Source of the DNA: a virus
Lineage: Duplodnaviria > Caudoviricetes
IMG/VR virus record: IMGVR_UViG_3300014204_000012
Span: 16,013-80,012 of that record
Length of the DNA: 64,000 bases
Direction: 5' to 3' (one strand)
The position numbers and the translations under genes were made by a program. The notes under the pieces were generated by a model that saw only the letters and a program-made list of their open reading frames with translations, was not told the origin of the DNA and ran no database searches. Shown here piece after piece: positions 51,686-62,150 of this stretch. Each line of letters starts with the position of its first letter. Positions within the stretch are counted from its first letter, which is position 1.

Positions 51686-52281
51686 TATACACGTATTACA
51701 GCGAAATATGAAAGTCTACCAGCACGGATAACATCACCCACGGTGAACCCATTTGCTGTTCTGGAAGTCACAATCAAGTTATGTTGTAACATTCCGTTTG
51801 TGGCTATTACAGTGGCATCAAGTTCGTAATCCGCAGTTGCTAAAGGCGTGGTGAATGTAACATTGTTCACGCCAACCACACAGTCCACTGTCTGTGCCCT
51901 GTAATGGTCTGCACTGGAAGGAACAACCACAGGTGTAGGCACAACAAACGGAGGCACAGGTGTCGGGTTGGGATCGGTGTCGTCTGGAGCATAGTACTTG
52001 CTTAAATCCACGTCTTCAAACATACCGTGATAATGTTCAATCTTACCAAGTATCTCTATTAAGTTAGCCTCACTATACACGGCATTGCCACACATCAAAC
52101 TTCCACCTACGATGTCACAGTTATCCACAATACCCATTAGGTAGTGTATCCTGTGGCACTCCTGAAACCACTTTTGAAACCCTCCGTTAAATGAAAAAAT
52201 GGCATCCAATACACCATTCCCCCACTCAATAGTAGTCCTGGCACAGTCGGCCTTTATAACATTAAGTGTTGCTTCATTCAT
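51685..52281 (-). CDS. Virion protein with C-terminal H-type-lectin/gp53-like beta domain
   Basis: NNVTFTTPL...Y...TANGFTV...YFAV after a Pro-rich linker. Confidence 0.6.
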   Translation of the reverse strand: MNEATLNVIKADCARTTIEWGNGVLDAIFSFNGGFQKWFQECHRIHYLMGIVDNCDIVGGSLMCGNAVYSEANLIEILGKIEHYHGMFEDVDLSKYYAPDDTDPNPTPVPPFVVPTPVVVPSSADHYRAQTVDCVVGVNNVTFTTPLATADYELDATVIATNGMLQHNLIVTSRTANGFTVGDVIRAGRLSYFAVIRV

Positions 52282-52774
52282 AATTCAGCATTTCTTTTAT
52301 CAACCCGTGCCTCATATCGAAGTCTTCCTGTTTCTGATAGGCAACGTCTATGGTTTCTATGAGGTTCATTTCACTCAGCATCACATGGCACACGTGCAGG
52401 TTCTCATCCACCAAGTATTTATGCGCATACACGTTCACCAACCCCTGTTTGCTGTAAACCTTTTTAGTGGCCTCCAGGGTGATCCCAACACCGGGATGGT
52501 CACTTACCTGTCCGTTTCCTGAACTGAAATGTACCGTGTACCACCCATCTAATACGGCATACGTGGCACCCAAAAGGTCAACAGTTAAAACATCTGTCCT
52601 GCCATTTGTAATCAATTCTGTGGGTTCTGAACCTGCCAGAGTGTAGGTATTTACCAATGTACCACCACTGTAAACCGCAGCCACAATCGGTGCTGTAATG
52701 GTCTGTGTGTCTTCCTTCTTTATGGTTACGACATCCTGTGCCCTGTTCTTCTGAAGTTTTATCTGGAAACTCAT
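52274..52774 (-). CDS. Hypothetical virion protein
   Basis: 166 aa; promoter TATCTTTG at 52796-52789. Confidence 0.55.
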   Translation of the reverse strand: MSFQIKLQKNRAQDVVTIKKEDTQTITAPIVAAVYSGGTLVNTYTLAGSEPTELITNGRTDVLTVDLLGATYAVLDGWYTVHFSSGNGQVSDHPGVGITLEATKKVYSKQGLVNVYAHKYLVDENLHVCHVMLSEMNLIETIDVAYQKQEDFDMRHGLIKEMLNYE

Positions 52775-52811
52775 ATTCTACTTTTTTACAAAGATAAGTC
52801 AGTCTATGTTT

Positions 52812-55800
52812 TTACTTTTTTAACCTGCCACGCATTTCACGTATGTCTTTAAGATCATACTGGGACATTTCAAATACCTCGGCTTTAGCAGCAAGTTTGG
52901 CAACCCTGTCAAGTGATTTTATCTCCTTAGCGTATTCTTCACCCTCGATACCCATTATTTTCATCTCATCAATTCCCTTATAGTACTTTTCACTTGTCCT
53001 TGCTCCGTTAACCAGATAGTAACCACGTCTCTCAACAAAGTAATCCCACAGTTCCGATTCCTTTTCATCGTTCACATCAATATGAACTTTAACCTCTTTC
53101 CCATCAACACTCATTGGAAGTGCAGTATTGTTTAAATCCAACCTTGCAAGTGGTGGTGCATTCTTTAAGTGATACGATAATAAATCCTCATTTTCCTCCG
53201 TCACGGATGCAAACTCTTTAAGGAAACGGGCACGACGTTCTGGTCTCCCCAACACATCACGATAAATGATACCCTCTATTTTGGTATTAAGAACAGACAC
53301 CGGATTCCGTGCTATCAACTTCTCCCATTCCGTTTCCGGAACTTCCAACTGTTTATTGGTTATGTATTCCCAAATATTGGTAATGTCACGATACAATCCC
53401 GGACTATAAAACCCTTTTATAGAAGATTGCACAGGTTGAAATAACGCCTTAACCAATCCACCTGCTTCACTTACATATTTATCCCATTCCTTTTTATCAA
53501 CATCGCTTTCCTCTCCGTCACTTCCGTCTTCGTTGTATTTAGTTTTTGTTTTTACAAATTCAAACACCTTACCGAACATATCGTTCATGGACTTTATGGC
53601 GGTCATATCAGCAAGGAATGACGGACTATTCATGTACCCAGTTGCCAATAAAGCACCAGCAGGTCTATCTTTTGATGCAGGAACATATTTCTTCTGATCA
53701 CGTGCCCAACCCATCGGAGCAAATGCAAGTATCAACGGTGTATAGCGATAGGTAATCCAAAACCTTTTACCATTGGGAAGATTAAACCCAAGTGAATACG
53801 GTCTCCAATCACCAGATGCCTCCAAGTCTTTATTCTTTTGCCAATCACCTGTTCCATTTGCGGTAATCCTGATAGGCGGATCATCGTCGTCTCCCGGTGC
53901 TGACAACGCCCAGAAAGCAGCAGCACTCAGTAATCCAACAATCTGTCTGCGTACTAATACCTCCCTTTCGTATTTGTTCAATTCAACGTAATACTGTGTG
54001 TTCTGACCACGACCACCGGGACTGGGTTTGAAAGCACCGCCATACGATTTAGCCAACACCGGTATCATACCAGCAAAAGGCACATAATCCAAAGATAACA
54101 TACCAACATTACTGACAATCTTCGTAAAGGCAGCAGTCATTTTAAACGGGTGTACATACCTCAACGAACCATCGCTTTTGTATCCAATAGGAATGGGTAA
54201 CATCTTTCTCAACAACTGGGACAACTTATCGGTAATATATCCCAAGTGACCATATACACGTGTGTTACCTGTTGAACGAACAGCGAACTTCACCGCCTGA
54301 TCAACGAGTTCCACGGGTCTCAGGGCATCAATGGCTTCCATTAAAGCAAGTTTCTTATCCATTTCGTTGTATCCAAGTTCAACGGCATCCTTTTCAACCT
54401 CTTCCCTTATTTTATCCACCTGTTCCTTGCTGACACCTAAATATTCATCAACGGCTTTGTTCACCTGTTCCCTGTATGCTTTATCAAATGCGTATTTTAC
54501 ATTCCTAACCTGTAATGCCTGATTTGCCAATACCTCAGACCAGATTTCTTTTGCACCGGTCACGTTGAACATATCAGGTGTTGCCATTATCCGACTTACA
54601 TATTTTAGATTGTTCCATATTGGAGCATATAATTGTGCAAACGCTTTTTGTCTTCTCTCTTTCTTTGTGGTGGTCGGCATTAAGGACGGTTCAATACGCA
54701 CCCTTTCAACCAACCGGGGAACTTCAATCCTCCCCTCATAAGACGAATATCCATACTTCCAAACATCTTTAGCTTTCTGTAAGGCAAATCCAGTTCCTCT
54801 TATGGCACCACGCATCACAGACGGTAACAGGAATGGATTTGTAGCCAAGTGAGAAAGTACGTTTATCCATACACCGGCACCACCACCTGCCACGTTCCTG
54901 ACTTGTGTGCTGACACCACTCAACACAAACGAGAACCATACCGATTCAGCAACCTCTTGAGCATCTATACCACCAATGGTGGTGAAGAAACCCATAAGGT
55001 CTTCAATCATTTTCAATTTGCGAATTGGTGATTTCTGCTTTTGGATTTCATCGGCCTGTCGTTTTATGGCCGCACGATCTTCTTCACTTATTTCTGGTAT
55101 TCCCCTTGCTGTGGCATACGCCTGTCTAAAGTCAGCATCTTCAAATGCACCGATATGTATAAGCTCCAATAATCTTGCTTCTGCACCACGTCTTCCGGTA
55201 CTTCTCACGGGTGAAGGGATTAACGACTTCACATATCGCTTAACCAGTTTCTTACCGGCCTCAGCCATTAAATTATCATACCGGTTTTGAATGGCAAGGG
55301 AAAGTTCTTTTGCTGATTCCGGTGACAAATCAGAGTCAATCAACAACGCCTCAGTAAGTGATCCCCTGTTCCGTGTCTGAACATCAAAATGTTCCTTTAC
55401 AATGTCGGATATGGTCATTCCCAAGTCCTTCATCTTTTCACGTATAGACCTGTCTACCTGTTTCTCTGAAAAAGTAAACGAAGTTGCACGGTCGTAGGCA
55501 TCCTGAATGGCTTGCTTCGCTAACTTCTTTTGTGCTTCTGTTAGTTTCTTACTCTTTTTGATTTTCTTATCCGCAGCAGTCTTCGCTTCTTCCCAAACTT
55601 TTGCATAGGTTTCTTTTTCACGGATCGCCTCTGCTATCTTTTCAATCATGGGGATCTTCGTTCTTTCCGGTGTCTTTATGTTGCGTTCCTGAAACTTAGC
55701 CATTAAGGTCGTAAGCATCATTCCCACCGGATCGTCTTTCTCTGCTTTGTCAATCACTGAACCGAATATCCTATTGGCAAGTCTCTTTGATGCCTTTTTT

Positions 55801-58800
55801 CTTTCCTTTTCTTCAATATAGTCGTCAAGTGAAACTACATTTTCACCTACTCGTATTTTGGTTGGTATAAGTTGTTCTGCCTGTTTTTTGCTTAACTTAA
55901 TTCCAATACTCCCAAAGTCATTAATTAAATTCTGTGTGAGTTTCTCCATTTGGTAAACACCGGCTTTGATGTACACGTTGGCAATAGATATACCGTAGGC
56001 AACTTCGGTAATGCTCATCCCTTCGATATTCGGTATTGACGCCTCATACAAAGTAGCAGGATTCTGTCTGGCACTTGCAAGTTTGCTCTTTAACTCATCA
56101 AGTAACCTGTTCTTTTCGGTCATGGCGTTCTTAAAAGACACACTAAGTTTCATGTCCCTGATTCTCTTTGATGTGTCCCCCAGTACGTCTTCAATGGCAT
56201 CAACGTGTGCTTTCTTTGCTGCACGAACAAACCTGTTCTCTTTCTTTTTGTTATGTTCAGCGTTCATCGCCCCGTCACGGGTTTCCGTAACCAACTGATC
56301 GTATTTTCTCAACCAATGTTCTGTTGGAAACAAATTCTGAATACGTGTGGAGTTATACGCCTGTAATGTTTGTCCAGCCTTAATTCCACCCCTCATAAAC
56401 TTTAAAGCAAATGACAGATATTCCTTCTTCCAGTATTCCACATCGTCAGTTCTGCCCTCTTTCTCTGCACTGGCTATTTCTCTGTCTAACCCTTCTTTTA
56501 TGTTGGCACCAATGAACATTCTAATTTCTGGATCAATCTCTACATTGTCATAAATATGAATAGATGCCACCAGTCCATTTGTACGATAAATTTCATCAGC
56601 ACTCTTTTCGGCTACATCATTTGGTAGCGTTTCATATTCTGTGAGATTCCCAGCCATGAACTCATCTTTCAACCACGTAGGCATTAACGACTGTTCTGAC
56701 ACCAACCGGATACCTGTTTTACTTGTTTTGAACTTTCCACTGCGAGGCAACTCGGTTTTGACGTGTGCAGTCATTTCGGGTATCGGTTCTTCGCCCCGTG
56801 TAGGCACCTCAGACAGCCGTATGGACACTATCGCCTCACGGATGATATCCTCATGCTCCTTGCCAAAATAAATGTTCCTTTGCGTTAAAAAATCGCGTAT
56901 TTGTGATTCCGCTTCTTTTGCTGTTTTCGCATCCTTCACCACACTCGACAACATCTTTGGTGCACGTTCACGATTCGATTCTGGTTGCTGAAATAATGTC
57001 TTTTCAACGGGTGCCTGTAACAACGTCACACCGTTTTCATCCTTCTGCAACGATGCAAAAAAGTCGTCTGCGGATTGTTCGGTAACACCGGGAACCTCCA
57101 CTTCCGCAGTTGGCACGTATTCACTTCCTAACATGGCAGAATAAATAGTCTTCATGGCATCGTTTAACTCAATGTCAATCTCCGATCCCTTAATGCCTTT
57201 GTAAATATCACCCAGCCACTTTTTAAACTTTGCAAATATCTTCTCCAAACCAGACGGTGCTTTGCCGTCTGCCAAAAACCGCTCCATACCACGGGCTAAA
57301 CTCTCACTGGTTTTAACCGTCCATACCCTTGCACCTGTCCAATTTAAAACCACCTCTCTTTCACGGGCTGTAAGTGTCTTTTCAAATACATGAACCACCT
57401 CATGTATAGGAGTACTAACATTAGGATCAGTCATAGACGTAATTACTGCCGTACCATCCTCCAGAAACGTAACAGCCCCTTGTGCCCTTCCGAGTACCTG
57501 TTGTGGAATACCAGTTTTCCTTGCGGTTTCACCACCCTTTTCCCATTTTATAGTTGAATAAACTTCTCCTTTTGTTTTACCAAGTCGTTTAGCAGCTTCT
57601 TTTACCAATAAGTCTATCACCACGGCATCGGCCAGTGTCTTTTCCTCATCCAAACCAAAAACAGATGTCAGCGTGTCAAACATCTTCCCCACCGTCCCGG
57701 CATCTGTTCCGGTTTGTTTAGCAACTTTAGCAATACGAGTGTTTAGTTTTTTTATACCCGGTTCTACTTCTTCGTGCCTTTCGGCTTGCACTTCTTGTTT
57801 TTCACTCTTAACAGGTTTTAATGGTTCTACTTTTTCTTCTTCGACTTTCCCGCCTGGCTCATTGCGATGGCCACGATCTGATCCCTCGACCTCGGATTTC
57901 CCCCCTGTCCCCTTTCCTTCCCCGACTTCTGGTTGTCCCGGTACAACTCCCGGATGTTCTCCGAGATCACTTTCTGACTTTTTCCCTTTTTCAACGGCAT
58001 TTTCTGTTCCTCCTTGCTTTTTGTAGTTTTTTATTTCATTATCTTCCACGTCATTAAACAATACATCTGCCCTCTTAATAACAATCCAACTATCTCCATC
58101 CCTCCTAACCTCTCCTGGTAAAATAGTAACAACATTTTTTATATTTTTAACCTTATTGGGATTATTCTTAAACCGTGCTATTTTATCAAACATATCCGGA
58201 TTAACCGTTTTCCCAATAAATGAAAATTCCGCAATATCTCCATTTACATTAAAAACAACAAATTCGGCATCTTTCTTATCTGATGCCGTGTGTAAATTAT
58301 CTCCAACTTTTTCTTTTAAATAAATACCACCAGTTATTCCTTCTCCTGTAATAATCTCGGGTGGAATTTCCTCACCCCCTCTTTCTGTAACTGGCTGCTC
58401 AGTTCCTTGAACCGCTGCCCGCTTCCTAATCTCTCCTTCATCCTCTTTCGCTTTTAATTGTTCTTCTGTTTTTACTTCATCAACTGGTTTTTCAACCACC
58501 TTTTCCTCCGGTGGGACAATTTGTTCACCTTCGGGAGAAAGTGGCTCTACGGGCGTCTCAGGTGCCTCCACGGGGACCTCAGCCACCGGTTTTACTTCCG
58601 TTTCTTTTGCCTTTTCAACATCGTACATCTTCCCCAATGTTTCCATATCGGTTCCATCAGGTACCACGACACCCCTAGACTTTAAATAATCAAGTTTCGC
58701 CTGTTGTTCTTCCACGGGTTCAACCTTACCCACCGTTGGCGTTGGTAATTCTTCACCGGATTTTGTGTTTTCCTCTGCTATCTTACCGGCTTCCGTGTTT

Positions 58801-60566
58801 ACATTCTGCGTCATTCGCAACACGGCATACTTAGCCGCATTGACCAACATCTCCTTTTTGTTTTCCACACTGGAAATTCCAATAACATCAGTCAATAACT
58901 GACCAACTTCCTGTGGTGATAATTCCTTATTGGAAACAATGTCATCAACAGCACCACGAATATCAGTAGGTAACACATCCCCTGCCATTTTTACCTTGGC
59001 CTCATAACTGGCTTTCGTGTAAGCACGTGCCCCCTCTTGAAGTCCACCCATCACACCTGTTATAAGCGACGTAACAGCAAGTGTACGTAGGTTCTCCTTG
59101 CCATTTACAAACTGAGTTGCAAATTCCTTAAATGTCTGTTCTCCCTGTGAAATATCTTTTACACCATGTCCAATGTCACCAAACTTCTCTTCCAAATATT
59201 CCTCACCCATCGCCTTTGCAATACCTTTCACCCCTTTTGCATTCGCCACGGCACTACCAACCTTTCGTGCCAACTGTGTAACAATATTGGTGGCTTCACC
59301 TTTATCAGGGATTGCACCCATCCACATTCTTTCTGAACCAACCTCCACAAACTGGTCGTAAAAAGCATTTCCTGTTGCTTCCGTTGCACTTTGCCCATTT
59401 GAAACATTCTCTGCTATGTTTTTATAGAAAGTTGGCATACCTACGGTTTGAACACCGGCCTGTGCCACACGAAGACCAACACCGGTTGCAAACTTGGCCG
59501 CCTTACCACTTACAGCCATCTTTGCCGCTGTTTTCAATATGGGAGTTTTAATAGCCTCAGCACCACCACCTGTCAATCCAAATTCAAGCATAAACGCCAT
59601 TGAGTTTCCAACGGCATTTCCTATCCACATGGATTCCGGTAGTTCATCGTCAATGGTCTTGGCATACTTACCAACGACCATCATTGCCTTTAACAATGAA
59701 GATTCACCCGGAGTGAGTTCTTCCCCGGTTTCGTAATTTTCAATACGTTCTAATTTTTCATTTAGTGCCGTAACCTGCCTGTTCCCTTGTAACGTCTTAC
59801 CCAAATCTGCGTATTCCTTAAAGTAATCCACAAACCCGGTTCCCACACCCTTCCCTAAGTTCTTAATGATTCCACTTTTCTTTGCTTCCTCAACTTTATC
59901 CACGGTCTTCCCCAAATTTGAAAGCAATATCATGGCGGTCTGTGAATTGTCGTCTACCTGAATACGTGATTCATATGGATCATATTTTGTAACACCCAGT
60001 GATTTTGCTTGCTCAATTTTCTCCCTGATACCAACAAGTTTATCTGCATCTGTACCAGTCTTTGAAATTTCACCGGGATACATTTTATTGAATAAATCAA
60101 CCTGTCCCTTTAAATAATTTTGATTGACAAAGGGGATTGATTCATCAACATCTTCCTTTGCTGACTTTAAAGAAACAGGTTTATTTACGGTTTCTGGTAA
60201 TTTATAGGTGCTGGGAGTTGGTTCAATACGTGCATCCGGTTTCACACTCACACCGAAAACATCCTCTTTTGCCTTTGCTATTTCTTCTTCACTTGGAACG
60301 CCACCAGAAACTTCTGTTTTTTTTTGTGTTGGTTCAACAATATTATCCCCCGTATCACTAACGGGTTCTACCATTGATATAAACGTCTGCTGATCCCCTA
60401 TCTCATCTTCTTTAAATAAATCATCCTTACGGAGATTAGAATACAGCTTCTCCGCATTTGACTTGTCTTTTAACAGGGAATCAAAAGTAGCAAAATCACC
60501 AATGTCTTCTTTGGTGATTCTTCCTGAGTTCAGTAAATTATCGTATAGTTTTTTATTGTCAGCCAT
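52812..60566 (-). CDS. Giant (2584 aa) internal virion / ejection-type polyvalent protein with zincin-like motif
   Basis: E/K/P-rich linker; QGAVTF...NVSTPIHEVVHVF...ESLARGMERFL...FAKFKKWL; helical C-terminal half; third of three ejection-type genes. Confidence 0.7.
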   Translation of the reverse strand: MADNKKLYDNLLNSGRITKEDIGDFATFDSLLKDKSNAEKLYSNLRKDDLFKEDEIGDQQTFISMVEPVSDTGDNIVEPTQKKTEVSGGVPSEEEIAKAKEDVFGVSVKPDARIEPTPSTYKLPETVNKPVSLKSAKEDVDESIPFVNQNYLKGQVDLFNKMYPGEISKTGTDADKLVGIREKIEQAKSLGVTKYDPYESRIQVDDNSQTAMILLSNLGKTVDKVEEAKKSGIIKNLGKGVGTGFVDYFKEYADLGKTLQGNRQVTALNEKLERIENYETGEELTPGESSLLKAMMVVGKYAKTIDDELPESMWIGNAVGNSMAFMLEFGLTGGGAEAIKTPILKTAAKMAVSGKAAKFATGVGLRVAQAGVQTVGMPTFYKNIAENVSNGQSATEATGNAFYDQFVEVGSERMWMGAIPDKGEATNIVTQLARKVGSAVANAKGVKGIAKAMGEEYLEEKFGDIGHGVKDISQGEQTFKEFATQFVNGKENLRTLAVTSLITGVMGGLQEGARAYTKASYEAKVKMAGDVLPTDIRGAVDDIVSNKELSPQEVGQLLTDVIGISSVENKKEMLVNAAKYAVLRMTQNVNTEAGKIAEENTKSGEELPTPTVGKVEPVEEQQAKLDYLKSRGVVVPDGTDMETLGKMYDVEKAKETEVKPVAEVPVEAPETPVEPLSPEGEQIVPPEEKVVEKPVDEVKTEEQLKAKEDEGEIRKRAAVQGTEQPVTERGGEEIPPEIITGEGITGGIYLKEKVGDNLHTASDKKDAEFVVFNVNGDIAEFSFIGKTVNPDMFDKIARFKNNPNKVKNIKNVVTILPGEVRRDGDSWIVIKRADVLFNDVEDNEIKNYKKQGGTENAVEKGKKSESDLGEHPGVVPGQPEVGEGKGTGGKSEVEGSDRGHRNEPGGKVEEEKVEPLKPVKSEKQEVQAERHEEVEPGIKKLNTRIAKVAKQTGTDAGTVGKMFDTLTSVFGLDEEKTLADAVVIDLLVKEAAKRLGKTKGEVYSTIKWEKGGETARKTGIPQQVLGRAQGAVTFLEDGTAVITSMTDPNVSTPIHEVVHVFEKTLTAREREVVLNWTGARVWTVKTSESLARGMERFLADGKAPSGLEKIFAKFKKWLGDIYKGIKGSEIDIELNDAMKTIYSAMLGSEYVPTAEVEVPGVTEQSADDFFASLQKDENGVTLLQAPVEKTLFQQPESNRERAPKMLSSVVKDAKTAKEAESQIRDFLTQRNIYFGKEHEDIIREAIVSIRLSEVPTRGEEPIPEMTAHVKTELPRSGKFKTSKTGIRLVSEQSLMPTWLKDEFMAGNLTEYETLPNDVAEKSADEIYRTNGLVASIHIYDNVEIDPEIRMFIGANIKEGLDREIASAEKEGRTDDVEYWKKEYLSFALKFMRGGIKAGQTLQAYNSTRIQNLFPTEHWLRKYDQLVTETRDGAMNAEHNKKKENRFVRAAKKAHVDAIEDVLGDTSKRIRDMKLSVSFKNAMTEKNRLLDELKSKLASARQNPATLYEASIPNIEGMSITEVAYGISIANVYIKAGVYQMEKLTQNLINDFGSIGIKLSKKQAEQLIPTKIRVGENVVSLDDYIEEKERKKASKRLANRIFGSVIDKAEKDDPVGMMLTTLMAKFQERNIKTPERTKIPMIEKIAEAIREKETYAKVWEEAKTAADKKIKKSKKLTEAQKKLAKQAIQDAYDRATSFTFSEKQVDRSIREKMKDLGMTISDIVKEHFDVQTRNRGSLTEALLIDSDLSPESAKELSLAIQNRYDNLMAEAGKKLVKRYVKSLIPSPVRSTGRRGAEARLLELIHIGAFEDADFRQAYATARGIPEISEEDRAAIKRQADEIQKQKSPIRKLKMIEDLMGFFTTIGGIDAQEVAESVWFSFVLSGVSTQVRNVAGGGAGVWINVLSHLATNPFLLPSVMRGAIRGTGFALQKAKDVWKYGYSSYEGRIEVPRLVERVRIEPSLMPTTTKKERRQKAFAQLYAPIWNNLKYVSRIMATPDMFNVTGAKEIWSEVLANQALQVRNVKYAFDKAYREQVNKAVDEYLGVSKEQVDKIREEVEKDAVELGYNEMDKKLALMEAIDALRPVELVDQAVKFAVRSTGNTRVYGHLGYITDKLSQLLRKMLPIPIGYKSDGSLRYVHPFKMTAAFTKIVSNVGMLSLDYVPFAGMIPVLAKSYGGAFKPSPGGRGQNTQYYVELNKYEREVLVRRQIVGLLSAAAFWALSAPGDDDDPPIRITANGTGDWQKNKDLEASGDWRPYSLGFNLPNGKRFWITYRYTPLILAFAPMGWARDQKKYVPASKDRPAGALLATGYMNSPSFLADMTAIKSMNDMFGKVFEFVKTKTKYNEDGSDGEESDVDKKEWDKYVSEAGGLVKALFQPVQSSIKGFYSPGLYRDITNIWEYITNKQLEVPETEWEKLIARNPVSVLNTKIEGIIYRDVLGRPERRARFLKEFASVTEENEDLLSYHLKNAPPLARLDLNNTALPMSVDGKEVKVHIDVNDEKESELWDYFVERRGYYLVNGARTSEKYYKGIDEMKIMGIEGEEYAKEIKSLDRVAKLAAKAEVFEMSQYDLKDIREMRGRLKK

Positions 60567-62149
60567 TATTGAAACATTGACGGTTTATTACTTTTTGTTT
60601 TGGGAGGTGTACCACCTGGTTTCGGTCTATATGGATTGGGTGCTGGTCTGTTTAAAATATCAGACCACGTTTCGTTGCCTATTTTATGTTTTAATAATTC
60701 AGCACCCAACACATTTGCCCCAAAAGTCCTAAGCGGTAAACTATAATATGTTACTTCTTCCCCACTTGTGGGTTGAACGAGTTCTGTTTCGGTAGGTGGC
60801 AATAATTCCTTTTCTTTTTTGCTTTTAGGGAATATACCCAATGTTTTTTCACCGGTACTCACATTTTTTTCAACGCCCCAATATCCCTGAACCGCCAACT
60901 TACCATCTTTCCTAACAACTTCCGAATGATCAAATACAGCACCTTCAGGTAAATCTACCGGTTTGTTTAACTTCGCTATTTTATCACCTTCTACGCCTTT
61001 TAACTCCTCAATGGTTTTAGCCTCTGCCATGTTCGCCTTTTCATCAACACCAACCTTACCTTTTGCCAAAAAAACATCATTACCACCTTTTTTCATCAAA
61101 CCACCGGTTCTCTGTACGAATATTTCGTCTGTATCTGGTGACATACTCACAACCCTCACCCCTTCTTTACTTGTAACACGTTCATCTTTGCCGGTATTAA
61201 GATTTAACATTTTATCCGGTAAAATGAAATCGGATGCCTGTGATCCACTAAAGTCAACTACATTTACAGTCCTACCATCTGGTAAGGTTATTGGTCTTGG
61301 GTGACTTTCTGGTATGCGGGTAAGATTAACACCACCACCACCACTACCACCAGGTGTTGAAACCGGTTTCACTCCTTCCGTTGTCTTTTGTATATTCGGA
61401 ACAATCTCATCAACCTTTGCCTTTATTTCTTCCGGACTTTTGTTTTTATACTCCGGCATATTCAGAACATCGTTACGAACCATGTCACTTATGGCATCAT
61501 AAGACTGTTGTGTCTTTGTGACAATATAAACCCTCCCTGTCTTTTCATCCCTTTTATACTCAGCATCAGCATACTCATCCACCTGTTTTAAGGTTAAAGG
61601 ATTACGCATTAATATAACCTCTGTTTCACTTGGCGGAATAACACTTTTAGCAAGAATAACATTTGGTCTCTCTACGTTTTTTTCACCATTTAATACCCGT
61701 TTGTAGTTCTCACTAATCTGAGTAAATGTATCACGTGGAAATAACGTGTATGAATTTTTATTATACGCCACTTTTTGTGCATCAGAATATTCCCTTAATT
61801 CCAACGCAGACGCTTTCATATTTGCAGTTAACCGATTGTACTCCTTTTCAATATTCATACGGTCTTCAAAGGTCAGTTCCCCGTTTGTCTTCTTAAACCG
61901 ATCAACTATCTTACCACGCAATCCCTGTATCTCCGTATTATATACATTACGAAGTTTATCGTCTAATTCAGGAATGGCGTTCATACTCATAAACTGAGCC
62001 ACCGCCTTACCACTTTCGGTTAATCGTGCCTTGCGTGCATTTATCTCCTCCAATTTCGTTTGAAGTGCAGATTTCATAAAGGAATTAGCCGCACCACTAA
62101 AATCAATGGGCGTCGTCGCTACTCCTGTTGGATATTGTGTATATGCCAT
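60566..62149 (-). CDS. Internal virion / ejection-type protein
   Basis: MAYTQYPTGVATTPIDFSGAAN..., coiled-coil N-terminus; position between the small and giant ejection genes. Confidence 0.55.
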   Translation of the reverse strand: MAYTQYPTGVATTPIDFSGAANSFMKSALQTKLEEINARKARLTESGKAVAQFMSMNAIPELDDKLRNVYNTEIQGLRGKIVDRFKKTNGELTFEDRMNIEKEYNRLTANMKASALELREYSDAQKVAYNKNSYTLFPRDTFTQISENYKRVLNGEKNVERPNVILAKSVIPPSETEVILMRNPLTLKQVDEYADAEYKRDEKTGRVYIVTKTQQSYDAISDMVRNDVLNMPEYKNKSPEEIKAKVDEIVPNIQKTTEGVKPVSTPGGSGGGGVNLTRIPESHPRPITLPDGRTVNVVDFSGSQASDFILPDKMLNLNTGKDERVTSKEGVRVVSMSPDTDEIFVQRTGGLMKKGGNDVFLAKGKVGVDEKANMAEAKTIEELKGVEGDKIAKLNKPVDLPEGAVFDHSEVVRKDGKLAVQGYWGVEKNVSTGEKTLGIFPKSKKEKELLPPTETELVQPTSGEEVTYYSLPLRTFGANVLGAELLKHKIGNETWSDILNRPAPNPYRPKPGGTPPKTKSNKPSMFQ

Positions 62150-62150
62150 A

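Noticed and set aside
38845-52281. Diversity-generating retroelement targeting the fibres
   Set aside because: No reverse transcriptase and no template/variable repeat pair were seen in the window.
52812-60566. Virion RNA polymerase in the giant protein
   Set aside because: No DxDxD-type catalytic motif in a polymerase-like context was seen.
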